Positions 34,850 to 43,927 of a DNA stretch of 64,000 nt are shown here, in pieces. The position numbers were made by a program, and so were the translations under genes. The notes under the pieces are model-generated. The model saw nothing but the letters and a program-made list of their open reading frames with translations, was not told where the DNA came from and searched no databases. Position 1 is the stretch's first letter. Every line of letters starts with the position of its first letter. Origin of the DNA: Pseudomonas aeruginosa PAO1 (GTDB lineage: Bacteria; Pseudomonadota; Gammaproteobacteria; Pseudomonadales; Pseudomonadaceae); assembly GCF_000006765.1 (NCBI RefSeq), contig NC_002516.2. The stretch is one strand, 5' to 3'.

Positions 34850-35099
34850 AGACAGCGGCTGCACCTTCATCCGCAACGGCAGCGAATACCCGGCCGCGGA
34901 AGCCCGCGCCCACCTGCAGAAGAAGCTCGACTACCTGGAGCGCAAGGACCTGGTCGCCAGCAGCGAGGACTTCATCGAGCGCGCCGCGACCCAGAGCAGC
35001 CTCAGCGGCAAGCCCTACCAGGTGCGCTGCGCCACGCAGACGCGCAACTCCGCCGACTGGCTGAACCAGGAGCTGCGGCGTCTGCGGCAAGCCCCCTGA
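34719..35099 (+). CDS. DUF5329/YfeK-like exported small protein, 126 aa
   Basis: Signal peptide ending LPALA; SGCTFIRNG, HLQKKLDY, FIERAATQSSLSGKPY. Confidence 0.8.
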   Translation: MRVFTITWRTTCAACWLLASSLPALAAPSPQASQEIGRLLSFVEDSGCTFIRNGSEYPAAEARAHLQKKLDYLERKDLVASSEDFIERAATQSSLSGKPYQVRCATQTRNSADWLNQELRRLRQAP

Positions 35100-36293
35100 T
35101 CAACCGGGATGGCCGTCGACCCGCGGACGACACAGCATCGGCGCATAGAACCAGGCGAACAGCAGGAACGCCAAAGCCCACAGTCCGCCTGCCAGGGGCA
35201 GCGCCCAGTTCGCCGGCAACAGGCTGGGCAGGAACACCCGCGCCGCGCAGCCGAGATTGAGCAGAGCGAAAGCCCAGGGCATCGCTGCCGGCGGTTGCAG
35301 CGCGCGACCGGTATGGCCGAGAGTGACCCGTGCCAGCATCGCCAGGATCAACCCGCCCATGCCGCCCACCGCCAGCGCGTGCAGCGCCTGGCTCGGCGCC
35401 AGCGCCAGGCCCAGGCTCCAGAGCGCCATGCCAAGCGGCGCCACGGCGATCCAGAAATATGCCAGGTGCAGAGACCAGAGCAGCGGCACCTGCCAGATGC
35501 CGCGATCGCGCCAACGCCACAGGCGCCACAGTTGCGCACCACCGAGGGCGGCGAACAGTCCTGCAAGCCAGGGCGTCGGCTGCGTCGTGACGCCCGCGGC
35601 GGTGAGCAGCGCCACCAGCACGCAGCCCAGCAGGATGCCATTGTCCAGCCAGGCGATCGCCGGCACCTGCTGCTGACGGCCGAGACCGCGCTGGGTGAAG
35701 AACGGGATCACCCGCCCGCCGATCAGGTTCATCATCCCGGCGATCAGCCATAGCGCGGCGATGGAGGCACGCCGTTGCCAGTCGTCGTTGCCCTCGAACA
35801 GGCCGAGCAGGACCAGGGCGTCGGCCAGGGTCAACAGCAGCAACAGGCCCACCACCGGGTAATTGCGCTTCTGCCGCACCCGCCACAGGCTGCGACCGAT
35901 AGCCCAGGCCAATAGCGGCAGGAAGCTCAGTTGCAGCACCAGCAGCAGCGCCAGCGGCGCATCGAATAGCCAGGCCAGGCGCGCCGCCAGCCAGAGCCCG
36001 GCGAGCAGGGCCAGGGGTTTGCCCTGCAGGCCGGGTACGCCGGTCCAGGTCTGCACGGCGGTCAACAGGAAGCCGGCGATGATCGCCACGCCGAAACCGA
36101 AGAGCATTTCGTGACGATGCCAGGCCAGCCAGCCACCGACCGGTTGCCAGCCGCTCCAGAGCCCGGCCAGCGCCGCTAGCCAGAGCGCGATGGCGAGGAC
36201 CGCGAACAGCGCGCCGCCGAGGAAGAACGGGCGGAAGCCCAGGCGCCAGATCGGCGGTATGGCCATCAGCCTGGAACGATCAAGCACTTGCAC
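35100..36293 (-). CDS. nnrS: NnrS-family heme/copper membrane protein for nitric oxide tolerance
   Basis: LGFRPFF, WHRHEMLFGF, GFLLTAVQTWTG, GRVIPFFT, RVTLGHTGR. Confidence 0.92.
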   Translation of the reverse strand: MQVLDRSRLMAIPPIWRLGFRPFFLGGALFAVLAIALWLAALAGLWSGWQPVGGWLAWHRHEMLFGFGVAIIAGFLLTAVQTWTGVPGLQGKPLALLAGLWLAARLAWLFDAPLALLLVLQLSFLPLLAWAIGRSLWRVRQKRNYPVVGLLLLLTLADALVLLGLFEGNDDWQRRASIAALWLIAGMMNLIGGRVIPFFTQRGLGRQQQVPAIAWLDNGILLGCVLVALLTAAGVTTQPTPWLAGLFAALGGAQLWRLWRWRDRGIWQVPLLWSLHLAYFWIAVAPLGMALWSLGLALAPSQALHALAVGGMGGLILAMLARVTLGHTGRALQPPAAMPWAFALLNLGCAARVFLPSLLPANWALPLAGGLWALAFLLFAWFYAPMLCRPRVDGHPG

Positions 36294-36537
36294 AGCAGAC
36301 CTCCCAACCGGGTCGACGCATGCGGAACAGCGCGCTCAGGCGCATCACGTAGCCGATCTTCAACAGGGTCGGGCCGAGGATCACCAGCGCATGGGAAAAC
36401 ACCAGCGCCGGCATGTTCAGGTAGCGGTCGAGGAAATAGGCGGCGATCACGCCGGCGACGAGCAGCGCCAGGCCGGCCGCCAGCAGCCCGTGACCGATCC
36501 GCAGCACCCGCCGTGGACAATCGAACAGAGCGTTCAT
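36280..36537 (-). CDS. ppyR: Small membrane protein PpyR, 85 aa
   Basis: Two TM segments, HALVILGPTLLKIGYVMRL; lies between fhp and nnrS. Confidence 0.82.
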   Translation of the reverse strand: MNALFDCPRRVLRIGHGLLAAGLALLVAGVIAAYFLDRYLNMPALVFSHALVILGPTLLKIGYVMRLSALFRMRRPGWEVCCASA

Positions 36538-36591
36538 CTCGATCTCCTTTTTCCGAAAAAGGGCCGACGCACCTCGCGCCGGCCCGTCGCT

Positions 36592-37773
36592 TCAGGCGTC
36601 CAGCGCGGCGGCCGGACCGAAGAACTCGTAGTGGCATTGCTGCGAGGGTACGCCGAGGTCGGCCAGGTGGCGCTTGACCTGCGCCATGAAAGGCCGGGGT
36701 CCGAGGAAGTAGGCGTCCAGGTCGCGCTCCTGCGGCAACCAGTCGGCCAGTTTCTCGCGGCTCAGCAATCCCTCGGCGTCGGCACTGTCGCCGGCGCGCG
36801 GTTCGCTGTAGCAGAAGAAGTGCTCGACCTGCTCGTGCTGCGCCGACACGTCTTCGATCCAGTCGCGGAAGGCATGCACGCCGCCATGCCGGGCGCAATG
36901 GATGAAGCGGATCGGCCGCGCCTGCGGCAGCGCTTCCTGCAACATGGCCAGGGCCGGGGTGATGCCGACGCCGGCGGTGATCAGCACCAGCGGCTTGTCG
37001 CTGTCACGCAGGACGAAATCGCCAGCCGGCGGAAACAGATCCAGCTCGTCGCCCTCGGCGACCCGGTCATGCAGGTAATTGGAGACCCGTCCACCCGCCT
37101 CGCGCTTGACGCTGATGCGGTATTCGCGGCCGTTGCTGGCAGCGGAAAGCGAATAGTTGCGGCGCACTTCCTCGCCGTCGATGTCCAGCCGCAGGCCGAT
37201 GTACTGTCCCGGCTGGAACGCCAGCAGCGGCTGGCCGTCCACCGGCTCCAGGTAGAACGAGGTGATTTCCTCGCTCTCCGCCTGCTTGCGTGCCACGCGG
37301 AAGCGCCGCACGCCGCGCCAGCCGCCATCGGCCTGGGCGCTGGCGGCATACACCGACTCCTCGGCCTCGATCAGCAGGTCGGCCAGTTGCTGGTAGGCCG
37401 CGCCCCAGGCTTCGAGGACTTCGTCGGTGGCGATCTGTTCGCCGAGGACCTCGCGGATCGCCCGCAACAGGCAAGTGCCGACGATCGGATAGTGTTCGGG
37501 CAGCACCTGCAGGGAGACATGCTTGTTCACCACCTTGGCCACCAGCGGGCCGAGTTCCTGCAACTGGTCGATGTGCCTGGCGTACATCAGCACGCCATTG
37601 GCCAGCGCCCGCGGCTGGTCGCCGCTGGCCTGGTGGGCCTGGTTGAACAGCGGGCGAACCTCGGGGTACTCGCCGAGCATGGTGCGGTAGAAATGGGTGA
37701 TCAGCGCTTCACCGCCGGTCTCCAGCAGCGGTACGGTGGCTTTGATGAGGGCACGTTGGGCATTGGACAACAT
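36592..37773 (-). CDS. fhp: Flavohemoprotein (nitric oxide dioxygenase), 393 aa
   Basis: Globin domain (KHVSLQVLPEHYPIVG); FAD/NAD reductase domain (RNYSLS, TAGVGITP, EFFGP). Confidence 0.96.
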   Translation of the reverse strand: MLSNAQRALIKATVPLLETGGEALITHFYRTMLGEYPEVRPLFNQAHQASGDQPRALANGVLMYARHIDQLQELGPLVAKVVNKHVSLQVLPEHYPIVGTCLLRAIREVLGEQIATDEVLEAWGAAYQQLADLLIEAEESVYAASAQADGGWRGVRRFRVARKQAESEEITSFYLEPVDGQPLLAFQPGQYIGLRLDIDGEEVRRNYSLSAASNGREYRISVKREAGGRVSNYLHDRVAEGDELDLFPPAGDFVLRDSDKPLVLITAGVGITPALAMLQEALPQARPIRFIHCARHGGVHAFRDWIEDVSAQHEQVEHFFCYSEPRAGDSADAEGLLSREKLADWLPQERDLDAYFLGPRPFMAQVKRHLADLGVPSQQCHYEFFGPAAALDA

Positions 37774-37818
37774 AGATGACTCCTGACGCATGCAAGGTTT
37801 TGTTTCACCTCGAAGCAT

Positions 37819-37835
37819 TTCAGGAAGCGTGCCAA
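37819..37835 (-). promoter_or_regulatory. Sigma54 promoter of fhp
   Basis: The minus strand reads TTGGCACGCTTCCTGAA: a canonical -24 element, with GA in place of GC at -12. Confidence 0.65.
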
Positions 37836-37875
37836 GGCAAACTACCAGAATTCACGGGCCTTGCAGGCCGGCATA

Positions 37876-37933
37876 GGTCATAATGACTGCAACCATTCAG
37901 AGTCATTAGGACTGCAAAGAGGTCGAAATGACC
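37876..37933. promoter_or_regulatory. Three NorR/FhpR-type binding sites (GT-N7-AC)
   Basis: GGTCATAATGACT (37876-37888), AGTCATTAGGACT (37901-37913), GGTCGAAATGACC (37921-37933). Confidence 0.8.
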
Positions 37934-39481
37934 ACCAACCCCTTGCTTGCCACCCTGATCCCGCTGGTTGCCGACCTGTCCCGCGACCTGCCGGAAGACG
38001 AACGCTACCGCCGCCTGCTCCAGGCCCTGCGCGACCTGCTGCCCTGCGACGCCACCGCGCTGCTGCGCCTGGACGGCGAATACCTGATCCCGCTGGCGGT
38101 GGACGGCCTCAGCCCGGACACCCTCGGCCGGCGCTTCCGGGTCGGCGAACATCCGCGCCTCGAGGCCCTCCTGGAGCGCCGCGGGCCGACCCGCTTCCCC
38201 GCCGACTGCGGCCTGCCCGATCCCTACGACGGTCTGGTGGAAGGCCTCCACGGCCACCTGGAAATCCATGATTGCCTGGGCTGTCCGCTGTACCTCGACG
38301 ACCAGCCCTGGGGCTTGCTGACCCTGGATACCCTCGATCCGTCGCGCTTCGCCAGCGCCGACCTGGATACCCTGGAGGCCTTCGCCAGCCTCGCCGCCGC
38401 CACGGTCAAGGCCAGCGAGCGGATGCGCGACCTGACCCGCCGCGCCGAGGACGAGCACCAGCGCGCCGAGGCCTATCTCGAAGCCGCTGGCGAGCGGCCA
38501 CGGGAAATGATCGGCCAGAGCGCCGCGCACAAGGCGCTGCTGGAAGAAATCCGCCTGGTCGCCAACAGCGACCTGAGCGTACTGATCACCGGCGAGACCG
38601 GGGTCGGCAAGGAACTGGTGGCGCAATCCATCCACCGGCATTCCATGCGCAGCGGCAAGCCGATGATCAGTCTCAACTGCGCCGCGCTGCCCGAGACCCT
38701 GGTGGAAAGCGAATTGTTCGGCCATGTGCGCGGCGCCTTCTCCGGCGCGGTCAACGAACGGCGCGGCAAGTTCGAACTGGCCGACGGCGGCAGCCTGTTC
38801 CTCGACGAGGTCGGCGAGTTGCCGCTGGCGGTGCAGGCCAAGCTGCTCCGCGTGCTGCAGAGCGGGCAGTTGCAGCGGGTCGGCTCCGATCGCGAGCACC
38901 GCGTCGACGTACGCCTGATCGCAGCCACCAACCGCGACCTGGCCGAGGAAGTGCGTGCCGGGCGCTTCCGCGCCGATCTCTACCATCGCCTCAGCGTCTA
39001 TCCCTTGCGCGTGCCGCCGCTGCGCGAGCGCGGCCGCGATATCCTCCTGCTGGCCGGCTACTTCCTCGAGGAAAACCGACCGCGCCTGGGACTGCGCAGC
39101 CTGCGCCTGGACCACGAGGCCCAGGCCGCGCTCCTCGACTATCGCTGGCCGGGCAACGTGCGCGAACTCGAGCACCTGGTCGGCCGCGCCTCGCTCAAGG
39201 CCCTCGGCCACAATCCGGAGCGGTCGCGGATCGTCACCCTGCATCGGCAGGATCTCGACCTGCCCGCGGAAACCCCCGCGCCACCTCGCAGCGTGGTCGA
39301 GCCCGCGCCCGCCGCGCCAACGACCGGTCACTCGTTGCGCGCGGCCACCGACGCCTACCAACGCCGCCTGATCCAGGACTGCCTGGCCCGCCACCAGGGA
39401 AGCTGGGCCTCGGCTGCACGCGAGCTGGGCCTGGATCGCGCCAACCTGGCGCGCCTGGCGCGCCGCCTGCAACTCAGGTAA
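37928..39481 (+). CDS. fhpR: NorR-like sigma54-dependent NO-sensing activator
   Basis: GAF domain (HDCLGC), AAA+ domain ([14 protein letters not shown]), C-terminal HTH. Confidence 0.93.
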   Translation: MTTNPLLATLIPLVADLSRDLPEDERYRRLLQALRDLLPCDATALLRLDGEYLIPLAVDGLSPDTLGRRFRVGEHPRLEALLERRGPTRFPADCGLPDPYDGLVEGLHGHLEIHDCLGCPLYLDDQPWGLLTLDTLDPSRFASADLDTLEAFASLAAATVKASERMRDLTRRAEDEHQRAEAYLEAAGERPREMIGQSAAHKALLEEIRLVANSDLSVLITGETGVGKELVAQSIHRHSMRSGKPMISLNCAALPETLVESELFGHVRGAFSGAVNERRGKFELADGGSLFLDEVGELPLAVQAKLLRVLQSGQLQRVGSDREHRVDVRLIAATNRDLAEEVRAGRFRADLYHRLSVYPLRVPPLRERGRDILLLAGYFLEENRPRLGLRSLRLDHEAQAALLDYRWPGNVRELEHLVGRASLKALGHNPERSRIVTLHRQDLDLPAETPAPPRSVVEPAPAAPTTGHSLRAATDAYQRRLIQDCLARHQGSWASAARELGLDRANLARLARRLQLR

Positions 39482-39581
39482 ACGACCGCCCGGTCGGAGC
39501 AGACCGGGTCCGGCGCGCAAACCTGCTACCATGGCGCCCCCATTCCGGTTGTCCGATAACCCCGATCCAGAGCGCACTACA

Positions 39582-39938
39582 GTGGAACTCTTCAAAGAAT
39601 TCACCTTCGAATCCGCCCATCGCCTGCCCCACGTCCCCGAAGGCCACAAATGCGGGCGCCTGCACGGCCACTCGTTCCGTGTCGCCATCCACATCGAAGG
39701 CGAGGTCGATCCGCATACCGGCTGGATCCGCGACTTCGCGGAAATCAAGGCGATCTTCAAGCCGATCTACGAGCAACTCGACCACAATTATCTGAACGAT
39801 ATTCCAGGCCTGGAAAACCCCACCAGCGAAAACCTCTGCCGCTGGATCTGGCAACAACTCAAGCCGCTGTTGCCGGAACTCTCCAAGGTCCGCGTCCACG
39901 AAACTTGCACCAGCGGTTGCGAATATCGGGGCGATTGA
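39582..39938 (+). CDS. queD: 6-carboxy-5,6,7,8-tetrahydropterin synthase, 118 aa
   Basis: [35 protein letters not shown]. Confidence 0.92.
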   Translation: MELFKEFTFESAHRLPHVPEGHKCGRLHGHSFRVAIHIEGEVDPHTGWIRDFAEIKAIFKPIYEQLDHNYLNDIPGLENPTSENLCRWIWQQLKPLLPELSKVRVHETCTSGCEYRGD

Positions 39939-40245
39939 TTCGCCCGACTCTCCCCTGGCGCTTCGCCATCTGCTCTAAAACGGGCTTCCACACAACGGGC
40001 CCGTTCTGCCGTCTCTCTCCCATGGGTTGTACGAAGCATTATCCCCACGGACATAAAGGTTTCATATTCTTCCGGGAAACATCCGGCAAGCTGTCCCTAC
40101 AGTCCGTTAGTCAATAAATCCGTGTAACTATATTGTTCTTCCAGTAGATAAAGACTTATCCTTTGCCGCGGACACGGAAAGTCCGTAAAGCCACTATAAA
40201 TGCACCAAAACCCAGCACCATATTTTTAGAACGGGAGTGAAACGA

Positions 40246-40599
40246 ATGTCCAAACTTGCCGAGTTCCGCGAGGCAGAGCGCAAACTTCAGGAGCAACTGG
40301 CCCTGCTGGAAAAGCTGAAAAGCGACAGCAGCCTGAAGCAGGAACTGGAATTCAAGGACAAGTTGCAGGCGTTGATGGACAAGTACGGCATGACCCTGCA
40401 CAACATCATCGCCATCCTCGACCCCAAGGCTCCGGTCACCGTCAGCGCCGCTCCGCAGCGCCGTGCCCGCGCCCTGAAGGTCTACAAGAACCCGAACAAC
40501 GGTGAAGTCGTCGAAACCAAGGGCGGCAACCACAAGGTTCTGAAAGCCTGGAAAGAACAGTACGGTTCCGAAACCGTCGAATCCTGGCTGCAACGCTAA
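40246..40599 (+). CDS. mvaU: H-NS-like xenogeneic silencer MvaU, 117 aa
   Basis: MSKLAEFREAE; KVYKNPNNGEVVETKGGNHKVLKAWKEQYG. Confidence 0.95.
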   Translation: MSKLAEFREAERKLQEQLALLEKLKSDSSLKQELEFKDKLQALMDKYGMTLHNIIAILDPKAPVTVSAAPQRRARALKVYKNPNNGEVVETKGGNHKVLKAWKEQYGSETVESWLQR

Positions 40600-40604
40600 G
40601 CCGG

Positions 40605-40640
40605 TTTTCCCGACGGCATCCTGCCGATGCCGTCGGAAAC
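40605..40640. terminator. Hairpin between convergent genes
   Basis: CCGACGGCATC-CTGCC-GATGCCGTCGG flanked by TTTT and AAA. Confidence 0.7.
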
Positions 40641-40674
40641 CCCACTGGCTACTTTCGCTCCCCTCCTCGCCAGA

Positions 40675-40955
40675 TCAATTCTGCGACTTCGATTCGCAAG
40701 CGCTCCTGATCTTCTGCGCCGCCAGGTTGTTCTCCACCCCCGGCAGGTTCTCCAGCAGACACTCGTAATAAGCCTTTTCCCGCGACAGCAGGAAGGAGCC
40801 GTCGTTATACAACTTGTCGCAGGCCTGGGTGATGAAGTGAACCGCACCCCGCTCTTCGCCGTGCGTTGGTAGTCGAGTATGCATTGGTCGTAGTCCTTGT
40901 CGTCGGCGAGAGCGGAAAGCGGGAATAACAGCAGCAGGGGCAGCAGGAACTTCAT
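40675..40955 (-). pseudogene. Frameshifted gene for an exported four-cysteine protein (VF_A0006-like)
   Basis: N-half MKFLLPLLLLFPLSALADDKDYDQCILDYQRTAKSG and C-half AVHFITQACDKLYN...YYECLLENL...IRSACESKSQN are in different frames and join at a G4 tract (40847-40850). The span is 281 nt, one short of 94 codons. Confidence 0.75.
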
Positions 40956-41233
40956 GGCAATGGTATCCATGGGAAAGTTGTGCTCCAGCATGGACGAGCC
41001 GGCTCGGAGTGCCAAGCCGACCATGAAGTAAAATTTTGCACTTGTTTACAGGCCGGACCAGACTGGCCGTTCTTCGCTGCGCGAATGCGACAATGGCGGG
41101 CCGGGGAGCCGAATCGCAGGCGTCCCGAGCGGATTCGGTTTCCCGGCCGCCTGGCGGCAACTCGCTCCATCGACGGGCACCGCCCTCCGCCGAACTCTTC
41201 CGGCAAACGGGTGCTGCCCGATCCGCATCCGCT

Positions 41234-41818
41234 TCAATAGGCCGCTACGAACAGGAACGACAATTGTAGATTGAGCATGGGCGACAACATATTGTTCAGT
41301 TCCAGAAACTCCACCGATACTTGTCGCTGCTCCGCTTCTATATCCTGCAACAACCGACTGAACGAGGCTGGCTGCAACTGCCCGCGAACCTGGGCCTCGA
41401 TACGCGCGATCGTCCCTTGCTTCTCGAAGCCGCGAGGAAGCAGTACGCTCACTTCCGCGTCAGGGACGCCCGCCAGGCGAACCCGCTCGGTCAGCCAGGC
41501 CTGCACATCGGCCCTCGCCTGCGACGCATTCGGCGCCTGCCAGAAGCGCTCTCGCTGAAGGTTCAGGACCTGCTCCGCCTGCATCGCCCGCTCCGGCCAG
41601 GCGGTCTGCCGGGAAACGTCCTGGAGCTTGAGCCATTCCCCGGCCAGACGACGATATTCCTCCCCTCGTTCCTCCCTCCAATCCATGCTGAGCATGACCA
41701 GATGCACAACCAGCAGCAGGCACAGGCTCCAGATGGCCATGCGCAAGAGTGGTTTTTCCTGCCATTGTCGTTGCAGGTTCCGCCCCTGGAACTGCAGTGA
41801 TCGCTGGAAGTCCGACAT
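41234..41818 (-). CDS. T2SS GspM/PilO-like inner-membrane protein, 194 aa
   Basis: ATG overlaps the upstream TGA; a single N-terminal TM segment, coiled coil and ferredoxin-like C-terminus; last gene of the gsp-like operon. Confidence 0.65.
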   Translation of the reverse strand: MSDFQRSLQFQGRNLQRQWQEKPLLRMAIWSLCLLLVVHLVMLSMDWREERGEEYRRLAGEWLKLQDVSRQTAWPERAMQAEQVLNLQRERFWQAPNASQARADVQAWLTERVRLAGVPDAEVSVLLPRGFEKQGTIARIEAQVRGQLQPASFSRLLQDIEAEQRQVSVEFLELNNMLSPMLNLQLSFLFVAAY

Positions 41819-42930
41819 CAGGCACCCTCCCCCGGCGTACGCAGGACCAGGCTCAGCGATAGCCCCTCGCTCTGCGAAGGTTCCACCCTGACATCTTCGA
41901 AACTCCCCGACTCCATGAAACGCCTCACATAGAGACGCGGGTCGACACTGTCGGTGCCAATCCGCAACTCCAGCTCGGAGCCTCGATAGCGCCAGGCGAG
42001 CAACCGACTGTCCTTCGGCAACAGTTCCGCTACCTGTCCCAGCAGCGCCACCTGCGAGCGATGCTGCAAAGCGCGCCCCAGCTCGGTGGCCATCCGATTG
42101 GTCTGCAAGGCCTGGTTGCGTGCGCTGAGGATCGGCGAGACCTGGCCGCTCAGCTGGTCGTACTGCGTTCGCAGCGCACGCTCGGCCCACCACCAGGACA
42201 AACCTTCCCCCAGATTGAATCCGCATCCCAGCAACAGGGTGGCTATGAGCCCATGCGGCAACCAACGCTCCCATCGCAGCAGCGTTGCTTCCGCCGCCGG
42301 AACGGCCCAGGGACGGCCCAGTGACTCTCCAGGCTCGGCAACCAGGCTCTCCGGGATGCGTATTCCCGCCAGCCCCCGGAGCAACCGAACCCATTGTTCT
42401 GGCTGGGGTGGGCTGGGAAAGAAATGGCTCAGGACAAGGCAGTCATCTCTCCAGACCTGGAGATCCAGCCCGGAGCGAACCCGAAGCAGCCGAACCGTCT
42501 CGCCTTCCGCGATCGACCGAGGGGGAGCCTGCAGCAGGGATTCGGGGATACAGCGATAACGCCGAGGTTGGTCGACGCAGTCTTCGGCAACGGCCTCCCG
42601 GACCTCCTCATCCCAGAACCAGACCAGAGCATGGCCACCCCGCCAGGCTACGTAATGGCCTGCGCGGCGAAAAGGCGCCAGGGCGGCAAGCTTCAACGCC
42701 AGTGCCTGATACCGGTCAGAGCGCGGCACATGATTGAGATCGAGACAGCGATAGACACACCACGCCCGATCCACGATCCACTGCGCTGGGGCGCGCCGCG
42801 CCAACCCTGTACCTCTACGTACCCACTCAAGCTGCGCCCGGCCATCCTTACCACGGTCTTGCCACAAGCGGGGCGGCAAGAACCCCGGGGGCGATATCGG
42901 GATGCAACGGAGGATTCGAGTAGCGATCAT
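41818..42930 (-). CDS. T2SS GspL/PilN-like protein (start uncertain)
   Basis: Cytoplasmic domain, TM segment (GLIATLLLGCGF) and PilN-like periplasmic end; located between the GspK-like and GspM-like genes. Confidence 0.65.
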   Translation of the reverse strand: MIATRILRCIPISPPGFLPPRLWQDRGKDGRAQLEWVRRGTGLARRAPAQWIVDRAWCVYRCLDLNHVPRSDRYQALALKLAALAPFRRAGHYVAWRGGHALVWFWDEEVREAVAEDCVDQPRRYRCIPESLLQAPPRSIAEGETVRLLRVRSGLDLQVWRDDCLVLSHFFPSPPQPEQWVRLLRGLAGIRIPESLVAEPGESLGRPWAVPAAEATLLRWERWLPHGLIATLLLGCGFNLGEGLSWWWAERALRTQYDQLSGQVSPILSARNQALQTNRMATELGRALQHRSQVALLGQVAELLPKDSRLLAWRYRGSELELRIGTDSVDPRLYVRRFMESGSFEDVRVEPSQSEGLSLSLVLRTPGEGA

Positions 42931-43927
42931 TTATCTTCACGGACCTCTTCGAGAGAAGCTGCCAGGGTGGCAGCAGGCGGTGCTCTGAGTTGAAGCGGAC
43001 CTCGTATTCCGTCCCCTGCTCGGCTCCTGGCGGGTAGAGCCGAATCGACAGGACCGGACTGGCCAGGCGCGCCCATCCATCCTCGGGAACCAGCCTCGCA
43101 TGACCCCCGAGGACGTCATGCAGGTCCGACATCCGGGTGAACGGACGCTGCCAGCGGGCTTGCAGCAGTCGGCCGACAGCGTCCTCCGGTAGTCCCCAGG
43201 CAAGAGACAGGATTCGGGCATCCGCGGTGTTGATGTTCAGCGCCGCCTCGTCCGCCGCGACCAGATCGCGCCAACCGGCGTCGAGCAAATGCGCTTCCCA
43301 GGGGCGCCAGGCCTCCAGCCGGAAGACTTCCATCACCGAGCGCAACGGACGGCGCCGGGCCTGGCCCGGAGAGGACCTGTCGCTGGCTTGCGCGGCACTA
43401 CCCAGTCGTGGAGCGGCGCCGGGATAGAGATAGCTGAACCATTGGGCGACCATGACCTGCACCTGCTCGGCGGGAACCCCCAACCCCGCCAGCAGCCTGG
43501 ACAGTACCCGCGGATCGATGCCGGAAAGACTGAGGCGCGCAGAGCGATCGAGCAGCGCAACGCACCAGCCATTGGCCATGCAGAACTCCCGGCCATCCAG
43601 AGGCAGCTCCCCGCCAATGGGCAGGATCGAAGTGTCCATGTCCACCTTGCTCGGCGCGGCGCCAGCATTTCCCGGTACGCTCAGGCCCGCGACGGTATAG
43701 CGCTGGGTAGCCACCAGCCATTGGACCCGCGCCAGCAAGGCATGCTCCTCCAGCTCACGAAGCAGCACCTTGCGCCGGTTTTCCGTGGCATCCAGCGAGC
43801 GCCCGACCCAGAGTACAGCGGCACTGGCCAGCAGGGTCATGATGGCCAGGAACCAGACCACTCCGACCAGAACGAAGCCAGACGAGCGGGCAGACGCCGC
43901 ATGTCGGCGTGCGCCATCAGAAATCAT
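42848..43927 (-). CDS. hplX: T2SS GspK-like minor pseudopilin, 359 aa
   Basis: Prepilin-like SG|FVLVGVVWFL lacking E5, as expected for GspK; helix-hairpin segment LNINTADARIL. Confidence 0.75.
   Translation of the reverse strand: MISDGARRHAASARSSGFVLVGVVWFLAIMTLLASAAVLWVGRSLDATENRRKVLLRELEEHALLARVQWLVATQRYTVAGLSVPGNAGAAPSKVDMDTSILPIGGELPLDGREFCMANGWCVALLDRSARLSLSGIDPRVLSRLLAGLGVPAEQVQVMVAQWFSYLYPGAAPRLGSAAQASDRSSPGQARRRPLRSVMEVFRLEAWRPWEAHLLDAGWRDLVAADEAALNINTADARILSLAWGLPEDAVGRLLQARWQRPFTRMSDLHDVLGGHARLVPEDGWARLASPVLSIRLYPPGAEQGTEYEVRFNSEHRLLPPWQLLSKRSVKINDRYSNPPLHPDIAPGVLAAPLVARPW

Noticed and set aside
39482-39581. preQ1 riboswitch upstream of queD
   Set aside because: I could not see a preQ1-type stem with an A-rich tail in the 100-nt spacer.
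40596-41160. ORFs 40596-41024 (142 aa) and 40675-41160 (161 aa) as two genuine genes
   Set aside because: Each contains only half of one coherent four-cysteine protein; they are better explained as a single frameshifted gene.
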